DNA from: Oculina patagonica
Lineage: Eukaryota
Assembly (NCBI RefSeq): GCF_052425735.1
Contig: NC_135761.1
Span: 3,844,001 to 3,908,000 of the forward strand
Length of the DNA: 64,000 bases
Reading direction: 5' to 3'
Below, in pieces: positions 1 to 13,500 of this stretch; position 1 is the stretch's first letter; each line of letters opens with the position of its first letter. A program made the position numbers and the translations under genes. A model generated the notes under the pieces. The model was given only the letters and a program-made list of their open reading frames with translations, ran no database searches and was not told the DNA's origin.

Positions 1-744
1 TCCAAACACTTTTATCATGAGCCTCTGCCTTGGGAGATTGGGAAAACACTCCCTGTGTATTTGACACTAAATAGATTACCTTTACTTTTACCTTACCTCT
101 CTAGGTTAAAACATTTAGTTTCTCTAAGGCTCTTTAGTTTATGGTGATTCCAAGAGGTAATACCCAAGAAGTAGTGGCTTTGAGGATTAACTTCTTATTT
201 TTGGACCATAATTGCCGTTTTTTATATAATGTCGGAATCCAATGTCTTGAGATATCTAACTCCCTATTAAAATTATTTATTACATGAGGAAGGTAGTCAG
301 AGGGTCAATAACAAAAATCAGATTGGTCCATTGCTGGTCCATTGCTGGTCCATTGATATTGCCCCGAATGATCCTGCGCGAACCTGTGCAACATTTGTTT
401 GGCAAACAAAAGAAAAATATAAAGTTGACTTGCATGGCTCATAAAACATTAGCGGATTCTTTTTCGACCAAAACACCCGGTGGATCCTCGGTCAGAATCT
501 GTACGTTTTATGCTCTCTGCTTTCCGCTGATAAAAAATGTATTTCAGTCATGTAATTAACCAAGCTTGCTTGGGACCATACAAGAAGAATATCAGCCCTA
601 CTGTAGGTCTTTTCTGTGCAGATCTCACTGTGCTCCGTCTGTACCGTCTCAAGAACTCTGGCCGATATCTCCCTAGTTCAGCCCTCACGCTTGGTTAACA
701 AAACGTATTTTCAGTTAAATAAATGAACGCTTCACTTAACTTAC

Positions 745-1095
745 CTCGATGTTCAATAACAGAGCCCAGTTGGTCTTCCACATGTGCAACTTGAGCCTGG
801 AGAGTTTGAAATTGCACTTGAGCAGTATCATGATCGGTTTGCAAGGTATCCATTTTCTTTGACAGCAAACTTTGTTCTTGCTTCATGATGTCTTGTTCAC
901 ACTGCATACTATCAACTCTTGCTTTTAGTGCCTCCAGACATATGAAAATGTTCGCCAGTACCTGTATTACTTGTTCCCTAAGTCCCTCCACTTCAAACTT
1001 CGACTGCGCTACTTCTGTCTTCAGTGTATTAACATGCTGTTGTACCAACTTCAACAGATCAGGGTCCACAGTGGCGTTCATGCACAGCATGGTGC
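745..1095 (-). CDS. Paralog A, coding exon 3: coiled-coil region
   Basis: ttatag acceptor (1097-1096) and GTAAGT donor at 744; 351 bp, phase 1 at both ends; GTMLCMNATVDPDLLKLVQQHVNTLK... heptad-like, strongly similar to 37428-37754. Confidence 0.85.
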
Positions 1096-1140
1096 CTATA
1101 ATTTAATGACAGACAAGGAGCAAACTATCAGTAACTTTTT

Positions 1141-1269
1141 TAGCCTGCGAGCAGGCTCACGTTGGGGCACGCGCGAATATACCTTGGGCACTGACGCCGC
1201 TCGCTGTCGCGGCTTCGCTCTCTCGTGTAGCTCTCGTGGGTGGCCCAAGGAGAGCCTGCTCGCAGGCTA
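1141..1269. mobile_element. Short non-autonomous DNA transposon (MITE), TAG...CTA termini, 9-bp TSD (AcademH-like)
   Basis: TIR TAGCCTGCGAGCAGGCTC; TAACTTTTT duplicated at 1132-1140 and 1270-1278. Confidence 0.65.
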
Positions 1270-2074
1270 TAACTTTTTAATTAATTGACTAAAATAAATA
1301 TTGATTGATTCTCACACATTCACTCACAGGAGGGGGAGACCTGGGAAAGAGTAGAATCACATCCAGAAGGAGTTACAATTCTGCTAGTCACGTGCCGAAG
1401 TACACTTCCACATTGTTGTAATACCCTGCGCAACTCCAGACAAAGGGAAGGCTTCACTGGTTTTGCCCTATCTCACTCCTTCTTACCAAAATACTTGCCT
1501 GGAAGCATGGATACAGATGGACTAATAATTTGTTTCTAGGTTAGAATTGAAAAAATCAGGGGTACCAATGTAAGAACGTTAATTTTTTCGAAGACTTGAG
1601 CCCTGAAAAATCATTTTTATTGGAGTGGCCTAAAATGTTCTTATTTTTTAATTTTTATTCCTAATTCATATGTACATGTTCGCATCACCAATGAGTGATG
1701 ACAATATTGGTTACAGTTCAGGATTTGAATAAAAATTGATTGATTTAGTACATATCATTGTCACTCACAACAAAAAGGAAAGAATAAAATTCGTTCTTAA
1801 CCAAATTTCATTCTTGGGCACGTTCTTCAGACGTTTCTAAATTTTGGCCTTTTCTCAGCCTCGACGTTCTTGTAAAAAAGGTTCTTATTAATAAGCATCT
1901 TTGTTGTCAAAAATGTGTTTCATAAACTAAAGTAATTTAGCGCAGGTTTGTACATAGCAATTAAGTGGCAACAATTTCGCTGTCTGTGATATCGAATGAA
2001 GCTTAAGATAAAGAAGTACTTCTGCGACAATGCAATGTTAAAGAAAAAGGTTATTATAGAAACGAGGCACGTAC

Positions 2075-2670
2075 CTTTTGTCTTCCAGTCTCTCAATTCA
2101 CTCAAAAGATTTCTCTCAATGGCAGGCAACAAATGCAGGGCTTTAACAAGCCTAATCATATCAGAAAAGCGCCGTTTATAATTCTCTAGAGACCAGTCAC
2201 TGAATTCACAGTGGCCCCAGGCATTTCTAGCTTTTCTAACAGCGCCAGCAGCACTCTGTACATCATTAGGGAAGACTGGCACGTTACCAAGAAGTACCAG
2301 CACAACAGACGCACTACAGCGCTCATCAAAAGCGTCAAACTTGGCCATGTAGTTCTCTACATACAACTTGGCAAAGTCAACATGTGATGACACTTGGTAT
2401 TTAAATGAGGAGTAATCGTAATTTCCGTCTGGAAGCCTGGGCAATGCATCATTACCATTGATGTTCTCATACCGTAACGGTCTATGCCATTTTTCAAGAA
2501 GTGCAGATACGCTCTGAGTATGAATCCTGTGGCTAGTTTGAAGTTTTCCATACTCCTTCTGAACTTCTGGTTCTACAAAGGGGCGTATTTGGGTAACCAA
2601 AACCTTATGGAGTGCAATTCCAAAGACTAACCATCGTTTCTGGTTGTCTGTAACTTCAAGCAGAGTGGAC
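2075..2670 (-). CDS. Paralog A, coding exon 2: HEPN-like (CXorf38/DUF4559-like) domain
   Basis: tttttag acceptor, GTACGT donor at 2074; 596 bp, identical length to 39572-40167; KRWLVFGIAL...FAKLY...RNAWGH (R-x4-H at 2211-2228). Confidence 0.8.
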
Positions 2671-2822
2671 CTAAAAATAATACAAATATTTACATCATTA
2701 CACCAGGAGTACCCCAGGGATCGACACTTGATCCCTTGCGGTTCGTGTTGCTCATAAAAGATCTGTAATATACATGTACGCTGAGGACACTGTTCTTTTA
2801 CACTCAAGTAGGGATGTGCACG

Positions 2823-3150
2823 CAATTGAAAAAGTCCTTAGCAGTGAACTTGAAGTGGTTGAGAACTGGCTTAGTGGCAATAGCCTTTATTCATAAATAA
2901 GACGGAAACAGTGTGTGCTATTTGGGACAGCAACTAGGCTGAGCTCTGTAACAAACTTCTCTATTTATCTCAGAATATAAGTATCTCCGTGTCGTGTAAG
3001 ACGATGCCCTCTCGTGGAATGCTTATGTGAAATATGTTTTGGGCAAGGCTGGAAAGAAATTGGGTATGTTGAGTCGGATAAGGTGCAATGTCACCACAAA
3101 CACTGCAGATACAATTTACAAAATCATTAATTACACCAGTACTTGACTAC
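2823..3150 (+). mobile_element. Decayed CR1/L2-type LINE reverse transcriptase C-terminal fragment
   Basis: Broken translation IEKVLSSELEVVENWLSGNSL...VLFGT...YKYL...DDALSWNAYVKYVLGKAGKKLGMLSRIR...PVLDY. Confidence 0.65.
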
Positions 3151-5132
3151 TACTACTGCTGCTGCTGCTGCTTCAAAAAAACACATGACCTCGATGAGTT
3201 GTACACCTGAGCCCGCAAATTATATGGTCATGTGATACTGTTCAGCGGATACCTTGTTTTGACAGCTGTCAATTGACCATGATATGGATGACCAATATCA
3301 AAGATACAAGCCGTCGTTAACCTCAACGTTCTTTGGGATATAAGATGACATTCTCCTCCCCCTGGTCGGGATGTCTTGTGACTCCCTCCCTGTTCCCCGG
3401 GAGTCTGTAGCAAGTAGGCGCGGGTGGGCGTACGCTCACTCACACAGCGGTCAAACGTGGCGCGCGTGCGCAGTTCCTGTGTTATTCACGCCAAAATTTA
3501 CATACAAAGTCTTAAATTTTCCGAAAACTTTCGCTTTAAAGCCAAAAGTTAACGTCGTCCCTGGAAAGTTAAGGTTTATACGCCGCTTATGGATTGGAAA
3601 TTTGATAATTCATCTCCACTGAGTGTCCCAGCTTGAACTGTTCTTTCACCGTACTATTTCTTTAACAATTTCTTGCAAAAGTTTGCTCACTTTGGAGTCA
3701 AAAGTTCGAGGAGGCGAAGACCGGATGTGACGTTAATTTTTGCGTTTGACCGCTGTGAAACGCTCACTTGATAACCAAAATTTTTCAGCTTCATGGGCTT
3801 ACCAAATTTCCTTACCCAATTGGTGCCCCGCTGGCGCGCTTTGTGCGCTGGAGTTTCGCTATTAGTAGCTACCTCATTAAGCGATTGAAACCTGATGTAC
3901 CAAGGACTCCAACTCCCAACAAGGTCCCTAGTGGAGGAGTGCAAAGACAGAGCTAATACATGATCTTGAGAGACTAGGATGATTCTGTGATTAAGTCTGT
4001 ACAACCTATTGTACATGAGTATTGTACTATTGTGTATGAGCTGAGGCAACTGTGAGTAGGTTGAAGCACAGAAAGAAATTGTTGGAGCTGCCCAGCAAGA
4101 TCCTTGACGGGTTGCCTGGAGAAGGAGCACATGGTGTTCTTAGAAAAAATGAGTGGGTTAAATATGGCATGGTAATTTGCAAGCTTAGGAGATGAAGGAG
4201 GAGAAGTGGGTTTCTGTTGCCAGCAGTGGGGCAGCCTAAGCAGTGCAAGTGTACCACTTAGTAAGCAGTTGAGGACAGATGAGTTAAGTGGCCAGAAATT
4301 CGGTTCAATTAAAATACCTTACAACGTATCATTCTGCCGTAAACCAGTATGTGAGCTCTTGTCAACTCAATTGTCAACTTGCACAGTTGCACAGTTGACA
4401 TGTAAGCTGAGTGAGTAGAGTGGGTGAAAATGCATTGTGGCAAGTCAGGATCTCCAAAGCACATCCCTGCTGAAAGTGAGCAGTTGGTAGGTCAATACAC
4501 TTGGCAGCATAACCAGGTGTTATAGGTCATGGCCTCTCAACTGTTGAGAGCCTGTGACAGAGCAAAGGACATGGTCTTTCAAAGGTCGGGGGATTAAGTT
4601 TGTAATCAGCAGTGAAAGGATTAGGCAGTCTGCTGGTAAGTTGAGTACCACTAGTGTATGTAAGTCATTGGAGTAATTATGACATGCTGACAGATACAGT
4701 ACCTCGTGTTTTCACCACTCTCTATACCTCTCTTTATACCATGCCATAGAAAATACAGCCAATCAGAATACAGGAAAGCCGTTGTATATTCGACGGTATT
4801 CAACCCAACCTTCCCATCGTGCTCTGCGATCTTATTCTCGATGAAATTTAGTGAGCGTATTTTCTATGGCATGGTATAAAATAGTTACACAACACTTTCT
4901 CGTGGTATACTATGGAATATCCCACTTGTCACTTGTATTTTCTTTGTATACACACTCGCCTAAAGGCTCGTGTGTATACCGAGAAAATACAAGTGACTCG
5001 TGGGATATTCCATAGTATACCACTCGAAAGCGTTGCATAACTAGTATATATCCCATCCTGGTAAGGTGGGTTGTTAGGTTTACTTACAGACAGTTCCTAT
5101 TGGAAGAGGTTTTTGTTGCATGGAAGAGTAAT

Positions 5133-6305
5133 AATATATAGATTTAGGCAAGCCTAAAAGCGAAGCTCCCCTTTATTTATTTTTTTTTTTGCTGGAGTAA
5201 CAATATTTTCATTTTGATAAATATGCGGTCAAAGCTTTAATGTCCAGCTGGCCCATAGGTGCAAAATAAATATAAATCCATCATAATCTCGAGGCAGAAC
5301 AACTTATGGCCTAAAAATTAATCAAGAGTTTATTCTCTCCAGCCCTTTCTAAAGAATAGAAAATAGTTTTACGATCCACTTATTGTTTTGCTTGATACAA
5401 CTCATGAACAGAATAAAAATTAAGAGTCTATTCTCTGCTTTCTAAGAATAGAAAATAGTTTTACAATTCTCTTATCGTTTTGCTTTATACAAAATGACGT
5501 CAATATATTTTGTGGGCATATTCCCGTCTTACTTTTCTTTCCTTTATTTGTCTTAACATCGGCGCACTTTAATGGGTTGCTCAGTCACGTACGCAAATTT
5601 AAAACTTATCTTTTATTTCTTACCGTGTGCAAAGTTTAAATTTATTTTGTTCGAGCTCTTTGCTTTGTTGTTGTTTAGCACTTCGAATAACGCCACTTAT
5701 ACTTTATGAATTTCTTCCGCCGAGAAAATGTAAGGCTAAAAGTCGGAATAAACTCACAGCAATAAGAAATAAACTCTCATGGCAAAGGATTAGGATTCGA
5801 CTTTATTGACGGCCAAAGAAAATCAACTTACGACAATATATTTCAAAATTAGAATAGTTTTAAGCAACGCTAAAAACAGCTTGCAGCTCTTCAACAATGA
5901 AAAATAGATTCTCAGCTTTATGCTTAAATGTCCCTCCAAAAATGCTTGAAAAATTGTAGGGAAAATTTTTTCCTCCAAAAACGCTTGAAAAATGCAGAAA
6001 GAAAGGTTTCCCAAACCGTTTCTTCATCTAAACACTGTAGACTGCTGTATACGTGACATATCCGGTTGTGTCGCCGCGGTGAGTCGCGGATCGGAAAGCG
6101 TGCCAAAAACAAAGCCTGGTTTCGGTTTAAGACCTTTTAAAAATCCCGGATGACTATGGCCGCCATGTTGCACGACATACATCGTACGCCCCCTGTGCCG
6201 CTAGCCATGATGACCATGAAAACTCAAATTCATGGTTCTGTTAATTTTCTATGGGTATGGGGCTCTGCTCTGCGGCCCTATGGGCCGCTGGGAGCTCCGC
6301 TATTA
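5133..6305 (-). mobile_element. Putative non-autonomous Helentron-associated element (HINE/DINE-like)
   Basis: Subterminal IR AGCGAAGCTCCC (5159-5170) / GGGAGCTCCGCT (6290-6301, 11/12 match); palindrome TTTAGGC-AA-GCCTAAA (5143-5158); hairpin GCGGCCC-tat-GGGCCGC (6272-6288); no ORF. Confidence 0.5.
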
Positions 6306-6824
6306 AACAGGCATATGAGAGGAAGAATTGGCTTGGTATGTAGACTTGAAGAGTCAGTGCAAGGCCTGAGGGTGGGCATGCTGTTTCTACTCAGTTGAAA
6401 TGGGTGTCATGTGCTGTTCAGTTTTTGACTGAGATTTTGCTATCAGTCCTACAGTAAGGAAGGTTGTGATCAGGTGGCTGCAAGAGGCTATATAGAATCT
6501 GAATCCACTTGAATCTAAAGAAGCTGAGACAGATCTGCTTAATTTAATCAAAAGCCTTTTTCAAAACAGTTTGCCTGGTACTCTCTTAGTAGCACCTCAT
6601 TGGTGCTGCTAGGGCAGTGCCTAACAGCACCCCACTAATGACAGTTCATCCAGGAATGAATGGACTGGTACCGCAGACAGTGGGTTGAAACACACTGCCT
6701 TTTCATGCCATGTCAAATAAATGTTTTTCATCTTTTGTTTTTTTCTACTATGATAATTTATTTCTAAGCCAATTGCATGCAGTTTTGATAAACTGAACTT
6801 AACATGATGTCGGACTGGACTTAC

Positions 6825-6838
6825 CCTCCTGTCGCCAT
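6825..6838 (-). CDS. Paralog A, coding exon 1 (start micro-exon MATGG; exon with 5' UTR 6825-6908)
   Basis: ATG GCG ACA GGA GG|GTAAGT, phase 2 joins in frame to exon 2 (G TCC ACT CTG); acceptor actgcag before 6908; conserved in paralog B. Confidence 0.75.
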
Positions 6839-6938
6839 TGATTTCTCACAACATGTTCAAGTCAAGTTATGGGTGCATGATAAACTTGCTGCATGTATAA
6901 TGCACACCCTGCAGTAAGACAGTGTGATATTTAGTAAC

Positions 6939-7028
6939 TAGCCAGCGTAGCTTGGCGTTCTAGTCAGTCAGGGAGAGCGAGATTTCTCGCTCTCCCTGAC
7001 TGACTAGAACGCCAAGCTACGCTGGCTA
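6939..7028. mobile_element. 90-bp perfect-hairpin MITE, TAG...CTA termini, 9-bp TSD (AcademH-like)
   Basis: Fully self-complementary; TTTAGTAAC at 6930-6938 and 7029-7037; absent at the paralogous site near 58530. Confidence 0.75.
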
Positions 7029-7567
7029 TTTAGTAACCAAAGTAACCAAAGTGATTATATGTGCATTTCTCAACAGCCATTGACCCCTCCACTTAACTAG
7101 TCGAAAAATGGGTGTTATTACAACCATAAATGGCACACCTTCCAAAAATATGTAAACTCAAACCAATGCAAGAAACAAAATAACCGTGTAAATGAGTAAA
7201 TGACGATACTTTCCCCAAAATCTCAGAGTTTTAACAAGAAAAGCATTTGGAACAAGGTCGTGTTTAACAAAACACGTCCACGCACTGGGATAGGGATATG
7301 TTCGGAATGTCTTTGGAATACTTCGGACGTCTTCGGAAAACTTTAGACATCAGGTCATATCGTCTTCCGAAATCCTGGAACTCTCAGGATGAAAATCTCA
7401 TGCCTTAATGACCCAGAAAAAGTTGGCAGGTATGTGATGATGATGATATCTACACCAAAGAATTTTTTAAGAGGGGGAGTCAATGAAAAAATATCTTTTA
7501 CCAAAAATAAGGAAGGGTACAGGGCCCCCATGCCCCTCCCCTAGATCCGCCACTACATACCTGGTAT

Positions 7568-9173
7568 CACAGGGAACCCAAACGCTGTATTAGTTATTCA
7601 TAATCTTAAAATAAAAATGTCCTTATTTACCTGCGTTCCTGTGTTTTTTTACCGGTTTTGGGGGCGATTTGAATCAGAGCGAAGGTGGTTTACGTTGCAA
7701 TTTTTAAACGGCAATAGATCTGTCGCAATGTTAATACGACGCGCCTCAAGTTTCAATTGTTATTAACTCAAGTTACTAACACCATTAACTATTAATACTC
7801 CTCGCGGGGAGTTTCGTGTTTCAATTTAATGGTCACGAGAAGAGAAGAGAGACAAGGGGTGAAACTTACTACGGGCGGTCGTACAATCTGTGACTACAGT
7901 TGATGTGACCAGTCTCGCGCGTGGATATGCGCGAGGAGACACGAGCCGACAGCCGGCAGCCTTTGGCGGCGATTAACGGGACACGCGAAAATCATGGTTC
8001 AAATCCATTTCATTTCAACGTTGCTCACTGGTGAGTATTTGAATTTCCATTCTGTTTCGCTCGGCTGTTTTCGAGATAAAAAAGCACATTTATGTGTAAA
8101 AGTAGAACATATTTTAGCTTTTGTAAGCTTACCTTTTGCTCCCGGGCGCACTATAGAAAGTAAATCAGTGAATAAGCAGTGAATAAACATTTCACCTTTC
8201 AATGTTACAAATTATTCAATTAAAATTTTGAACTTTGGGTTAACAGTTTCAAGATACTAGAAACGGATGCCGCTTCTATTTATCCTGGCTTAAACTCCGT
8301 GGAAAAACTACATCCGTTAGCGATCTTATTGAGCGTTACCAAACAGCAACCCCAGACAAAGAAAAATTGCCTGGCACATTTCGAAATTTGCCGAATTTCT
8401 TTGCGACGATGTTACATTTCCTCCTTCTTCCGACATTCGCTGGTCCATCCACGCAGATAACAAAGAAAAGAAAGATTTCGGAGACCTACGAAAATACTCT
8501 TATTTAGCAATCCACACTGACTCCGCACTGACAAACAAACGTGAAATTTATCTCGCGCAAAGACCAGGTAATCCGCGTGGAGAGATCTGTTTTATATTTC
8601 TGACACACGCGGCTGTCAACGAAAAACAAAAGAGTGTCATGAGAACAAAAGAACCGCTTTGATGATGAACATACACTTTGCAATAAAATCACTTCCGGTC
8701 AAGTCAACTGTAGTCACAGATCGGACGAAAAGCCGCATTATAAAACAACCCAAAACTAATCGGGAAATAGGGAGTCGAAACGAACAAAACAGACTTCACA
8801 TGATTATTTAACTTTTATTTATCCGATCTGTAAAGTTTGAGCAGATTTTGTTGAGAAACAAGAGAATTACGCCTCGAATTCAAACTACCCTGATTTTTAG
8901 TTTCATCCCTTGTCTCCTTCTCTCTTCTCTCCCGCGAGGGGAGTTAATAGTTAATAATAACAGTTAAAGTAAAACTTGAGACATAATTGAGGCGTGTCGT
9001 ATTGACATTGCGACAGATCGATTACCGTTTAAAACTCGCAACATAAACCACCTTCGCTCTGATTCAAATCGCCCCCAAAACCGGTTAAAAAAAAAAACAC
9101 AGGAACGCAGGTAAATAAGGACATTTTTATTTTAAGATTATGAATAACTAATACAGCGTTTGGGTTCCCTGTG
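7568..9173. mobile_element. Non-autonomous long-TIR DNA transposon, CACAGG termini, 7-bp TSD (P/Galileo-like)
   Basis: ~280-bp TIRs starting CACAGGGAACCCAAACGCTG; CTGGTAT at 7561-7567 and 9174-9180. Confidence 0.75.
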
Positions 9174-10558
9174 CTGGTATTTAACATATTCCCCTGTGCT
9201 CAACCTCAGCTGACCCGGGGGAGGGAGGGGAACATGCAAGGAGGGCTCCTGATTTACATTTCTCATAAAAACAATCTCCTTGAAACCCGTATTATTTATT
9301 GCAATCTTATGAATCCCTTTGCATATTATTACACTGTAATTTGAATTTCTAATTTAATTTCCCTCCACTCAGCCACAGCGGTAGCCAGGGTTAAAAATTC
9401 CATGCAATCTCTATGACTATTCCCCAACAATATCTGCGATCATCATGAGTTTAAGAGTTTCAAACGACAAAATAACATGTAAACAAGCTAAATCAATTAA
9501 GAGATGCCTTCAGAGGAATTGAATACTTATTCGCTGTACGTTTGCCTATATCTGAATGACTACTCTAGCTATTTTCTAAACTTTGGCCAAGATGCATAGT
9601 TCCTTTGCTATTCTCGCGCTATACACACAAGCTTAATTGCATTATGCATCTATCAATGCATATGACATGCTCCCACTGTGCTCAACCTCAGCTGACCGGG
9701 GGGGGGGGGCATATATACAAGGCACAGGCTCCTGATTTACATTTCCCATCAAAAACAATCTCCTTGAAACCCTTATTTACTATAATTAGAATCTTATGAA
9801 TCCTCTTCACTTATTTTTTGAATTTCTAAGTCTTTTACAGCGAAAACACGAAAACCGTGAACACTTTCATTATACTTTTAAAAAGAAGTGGAGGAAATAG
9901 TTGACAAATATTCACGAAAAATAACCAACTGGCTCCATCTCGGTACATTTGTTTATATTTCTCGTAGTGTGAGCTATCATTCAATGGTTTTCTGCAGGAA
10001 TTTACACATGCAAGAGAGTGAAGTGTTCACAGTTTTCCGGTTCACACTGTAATTTTCCTCTACTCTAGCCGCAGCATGTGATTCAAACGACAAAATAACG
10101 TGTAAACATTACAAGCTAGGTCAATTAAGCCCGGCATATCACACCGAACGAAATCAAACAAATTTTTCATCAAACTCAATCGAATCTAATCGAACGATTA
10201 AGTCCGATTTTGTTCGGTCATCGAATGAAATCGGATGTACGCGATGACGTAATTGTCATGGGACCGAAAGTGTTTCTGGGACATGTTGAATGTTGTTCTT
10301 TTGTATGAGAAGCCATATTGAAATTTCGTACGAAGTGAATCCTTCGAATCCTTGTAATCCTCGTGATATTGAGTCTGAGACAGCTGTAATCTTAAGGAGC
10401 AGAGCCTATAGAATCCAGAATAAATACAGTCCGGAAGGAATTCTTGTACATGGCCTTAGGAGCCGGATGGAAACCGATTGAAACGAGTCTTGCAAACGAG
10501 TGGTGAGTCAAGCTGAGTTGAATTTCTGTGCTATTCCGCAAATCTCATCGAGGAAAAA

Positions 10559-13500
10559 ATGGCTGAAGAACTTTCTAGAAAGCGAAGGACGCGTGGAGGT
10601 CACAGGTCCACCGCAACCCGTATTATTACGTCTGCAATCGAAGTCCTCGCCACAGGAGACTTGTCAGAAATCGCCAAGCACGCGGTCAAGCTGAATCAAC
10701 AAAAGGCAAGCCTTCAGGCGAAACGGACCACTCTTCGACAACTCGACATGGAAATTTTGGCCCTTGTGGACGAAGAGGAAATCGAAGCCGAAATAGAGCG
10801 GGCAGATTTGGTCGAGGAAAATATCCAGCTGGCTATAGCTAACATAGATCACGCCTTGTCATCAAATGTAAACACAAATGGTGTTGTTGCGAATCTTCCC
10901 GCGCAACCAAACGTGCCAGCAAGCACGCCGACAGAAGAAGGTCCGGTGAGAGCTCCAGAAGGTCAAAACGAGAATGGTTCATCGCCTCCAAGTGCTTTAG
11001 GTCAAAATGGAAATGGTTCCTCGCCTCCAAGTGTGTCAGGTCAAAACGAGAATGATTCCTCGCCTCCAAGTGCTTCAGGTCAAAACGAAAATGGTTCCTC
11101 GCCTCCAAGTGCTTCAGGTCGAAACGAGAATGGTTCCTCGCCTCCAAGTGCTTCAGGTCAAAACGAAAATGGTGCCTCACCTCCAAGTGCTTCTTTGGCG
11201 GATTCTTCAGCGTCAACACCGATAAAAACACAAGTCAAACTACCGAAGTTGGAACTAAAGAAATTCGACGGCGATCATAGTAAGTGGATTTCTTTCTGGG
11301 ATACCTTTGAAGCCTCAGTACATAAAAACGAAAGTCTTTCTGCCATTGATAAGTTTAATTACTTAATTTCGCGTCTTGAACGGTCAGCAGCTGAAGCAAT
11401 TTCGGGTTTGACTCTAACTGCATCGAATTATGACGAAGCAATAGAAATTCTGAAAGGTAGATTCGGCAATAAGCAGCAAATAATCAATCGTCACATGGAG
11501 ATTTTGCTGAACCTTGACACTGTAACATCTCACCTTAACATGAGGAGCTTACGGAAGCTCCATGACACTGTTGAATCAAATGTCAGAAGCCTAAAGTCAC
11601 TGGGAGTTCCTCGTGAAACATATGGTGGGTTACTTTCGTCCATCTTGATGATTAAACTACCACAAGACTTTCGTCTTGTTATCACTAGAGAAATGGGGAA
11701 TGACGACTGGCAATTGGACCAGCTTCTCGCGATCTTTAAGAGGGAACTAGAGGCAAGAGAAAGAGCTGGGGCACCCTCTGTGAATGGAAATCAGTCTTTG
11801 CCTCCTAAGCCTCCTAATAAGAACAAAAAGGATCCAGGAACAACACACAGCCTCTTTAATGGCAATGCTTATGGTCCAACATGCACTTACTGTAGAGGAA
11901 AACACCCATCAAAGGATTGCAAAACAGTGATCGATGTACTAGCTCGGAAGGATCTTTTAAAGAAGTATGGAAGATGTTTTGTGTGCCTTAGGAAAGATCA
12001 CATAAGCCGCAACTGTCCATCCAAGTCCAAATGTCATAAGTGTAATGGAAGGCACCATGACAGTATCTGTCAAAGTAATTTTAATGTAGTGCCACCAACC
12101 TACCCTGCACCTACAGTGTCTACACCAGTTCCAGAACAGCAAGGTCTAACAGTGCAACCAGGTACCAATTCTGTGGTCTGTTACTCAAATTCTTCGACAC
12201 CAGTGTTACTTCAAACGGCTCAGGCTATTGTTTACAATCCTCAGCGACCAGAGTGCAAGGTCAAGGCTAGAATCATCTTGGACAGTGGTAGTCAGCGCAC
12301 CTATTTGACAGACAACCTGAAGAACATTCTTCAATTACCAGTGTTGGAAAGGAAACAAGTCTCAATTAAGACATTTGGATCGACAGATGAGAGAGTTGAA
12401 TTCGTGGAAGTTGCATCGCTGGGGATCGAGCTGAAAGGGGGACCCAATCTGTCGTTGTCAGCCTTTACTGTGCCTCTGATTTGCCAACCTTTGCAGGGTC
12501 AGTCTGTTGAGCAAGTGGTGAATGACAATGTCTGTTTTTCAGGTCTAAGTCTAGCTGATTATTGTGCCGAAGGGGAAACTCTCAATGTTGACATTTTGGT
12601 CGGTTCAGACTATTATTGGAATCTTGTGACTGGTCACACCATCCGAGGAACTCAAGGTCCCACAGCTATTCATACCAAACTAGGATGGGTACTCTCAGGC
12701 CCTGTGTGTCACGGAGATCCTGGAAGTCAGCAAAGCAGCAATCTTGTGGAAACCCACATCCTAAAATGTGCCACTGATGAAGTTCCCTATGAAGGCCTGC
12801 AAGGAGAGTTAAAGAAATTTTGGGACTTGGAGTCTCTCGGCATAAAGACTCCCAGCATTCATGAAGAATTCCTAGAGAAGTTGACGTACAGAGGAGACCA
12901 CTATCAAGTTCATCTCCCGTGGAAGGCTACACACCCACCGCTCCCTGATAATTACGAGTTAAGCCAGCGAAGGCTAAGCAGTTTGTTAAGTCGACTACGC
13001 AAGGAGCCCGACATCCTGAGAGAGTATGACAGTGTCATCAAAGACCAAATCGAGAGAGGAATTGTGGAAGTTGTTGACAAGGAGGCCAAGCCAGAGTCTG
13101 ATCGCATACATTACATCCCTCACCATGCGGTCATCCGGAGGGACAAGTCAACCACAAAGTTGCGAGTCGTCTACGACGCCTCGGCAAGGTCAAACGGAGC
13201 GTCATTGAACGAGTGTCTACATGCTGGTCCTCCACTCGCACAGAACATCTTTGACATCATGTTAAGGTTCCGTAGTTACAGAGTTGCGCTTGTCGGAGAC
13301 ATTGAGAAGGCTTTCTTAATGGTTCACATCGCTGAAGAAGACAGGGATGTACTCCGGTTTCTGTGGGTCAAGGACATTGATAAGGCTGAACCTGAAGTTG
13401 TTGTTCTGAGGTTTTCACGGGTTGTGTTTGGTCTATCCTCGAGTCCATTTTTGCTGAATGCCACTATCCAGCATCACATAGGACAATATGAACAGTGTGA

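Noticed and set aside
2671-2825. N-terminal extension of the 301-aa ORF
   Set aside because: Lies upstream of the conserved splice acceptor and is not conserved in paralog B; intronic
3890-4680. Old retroelement remnant partly shared by both paralogs' introns
   Set aside because: Only fragmentary motifs; family and boundaries not supportable
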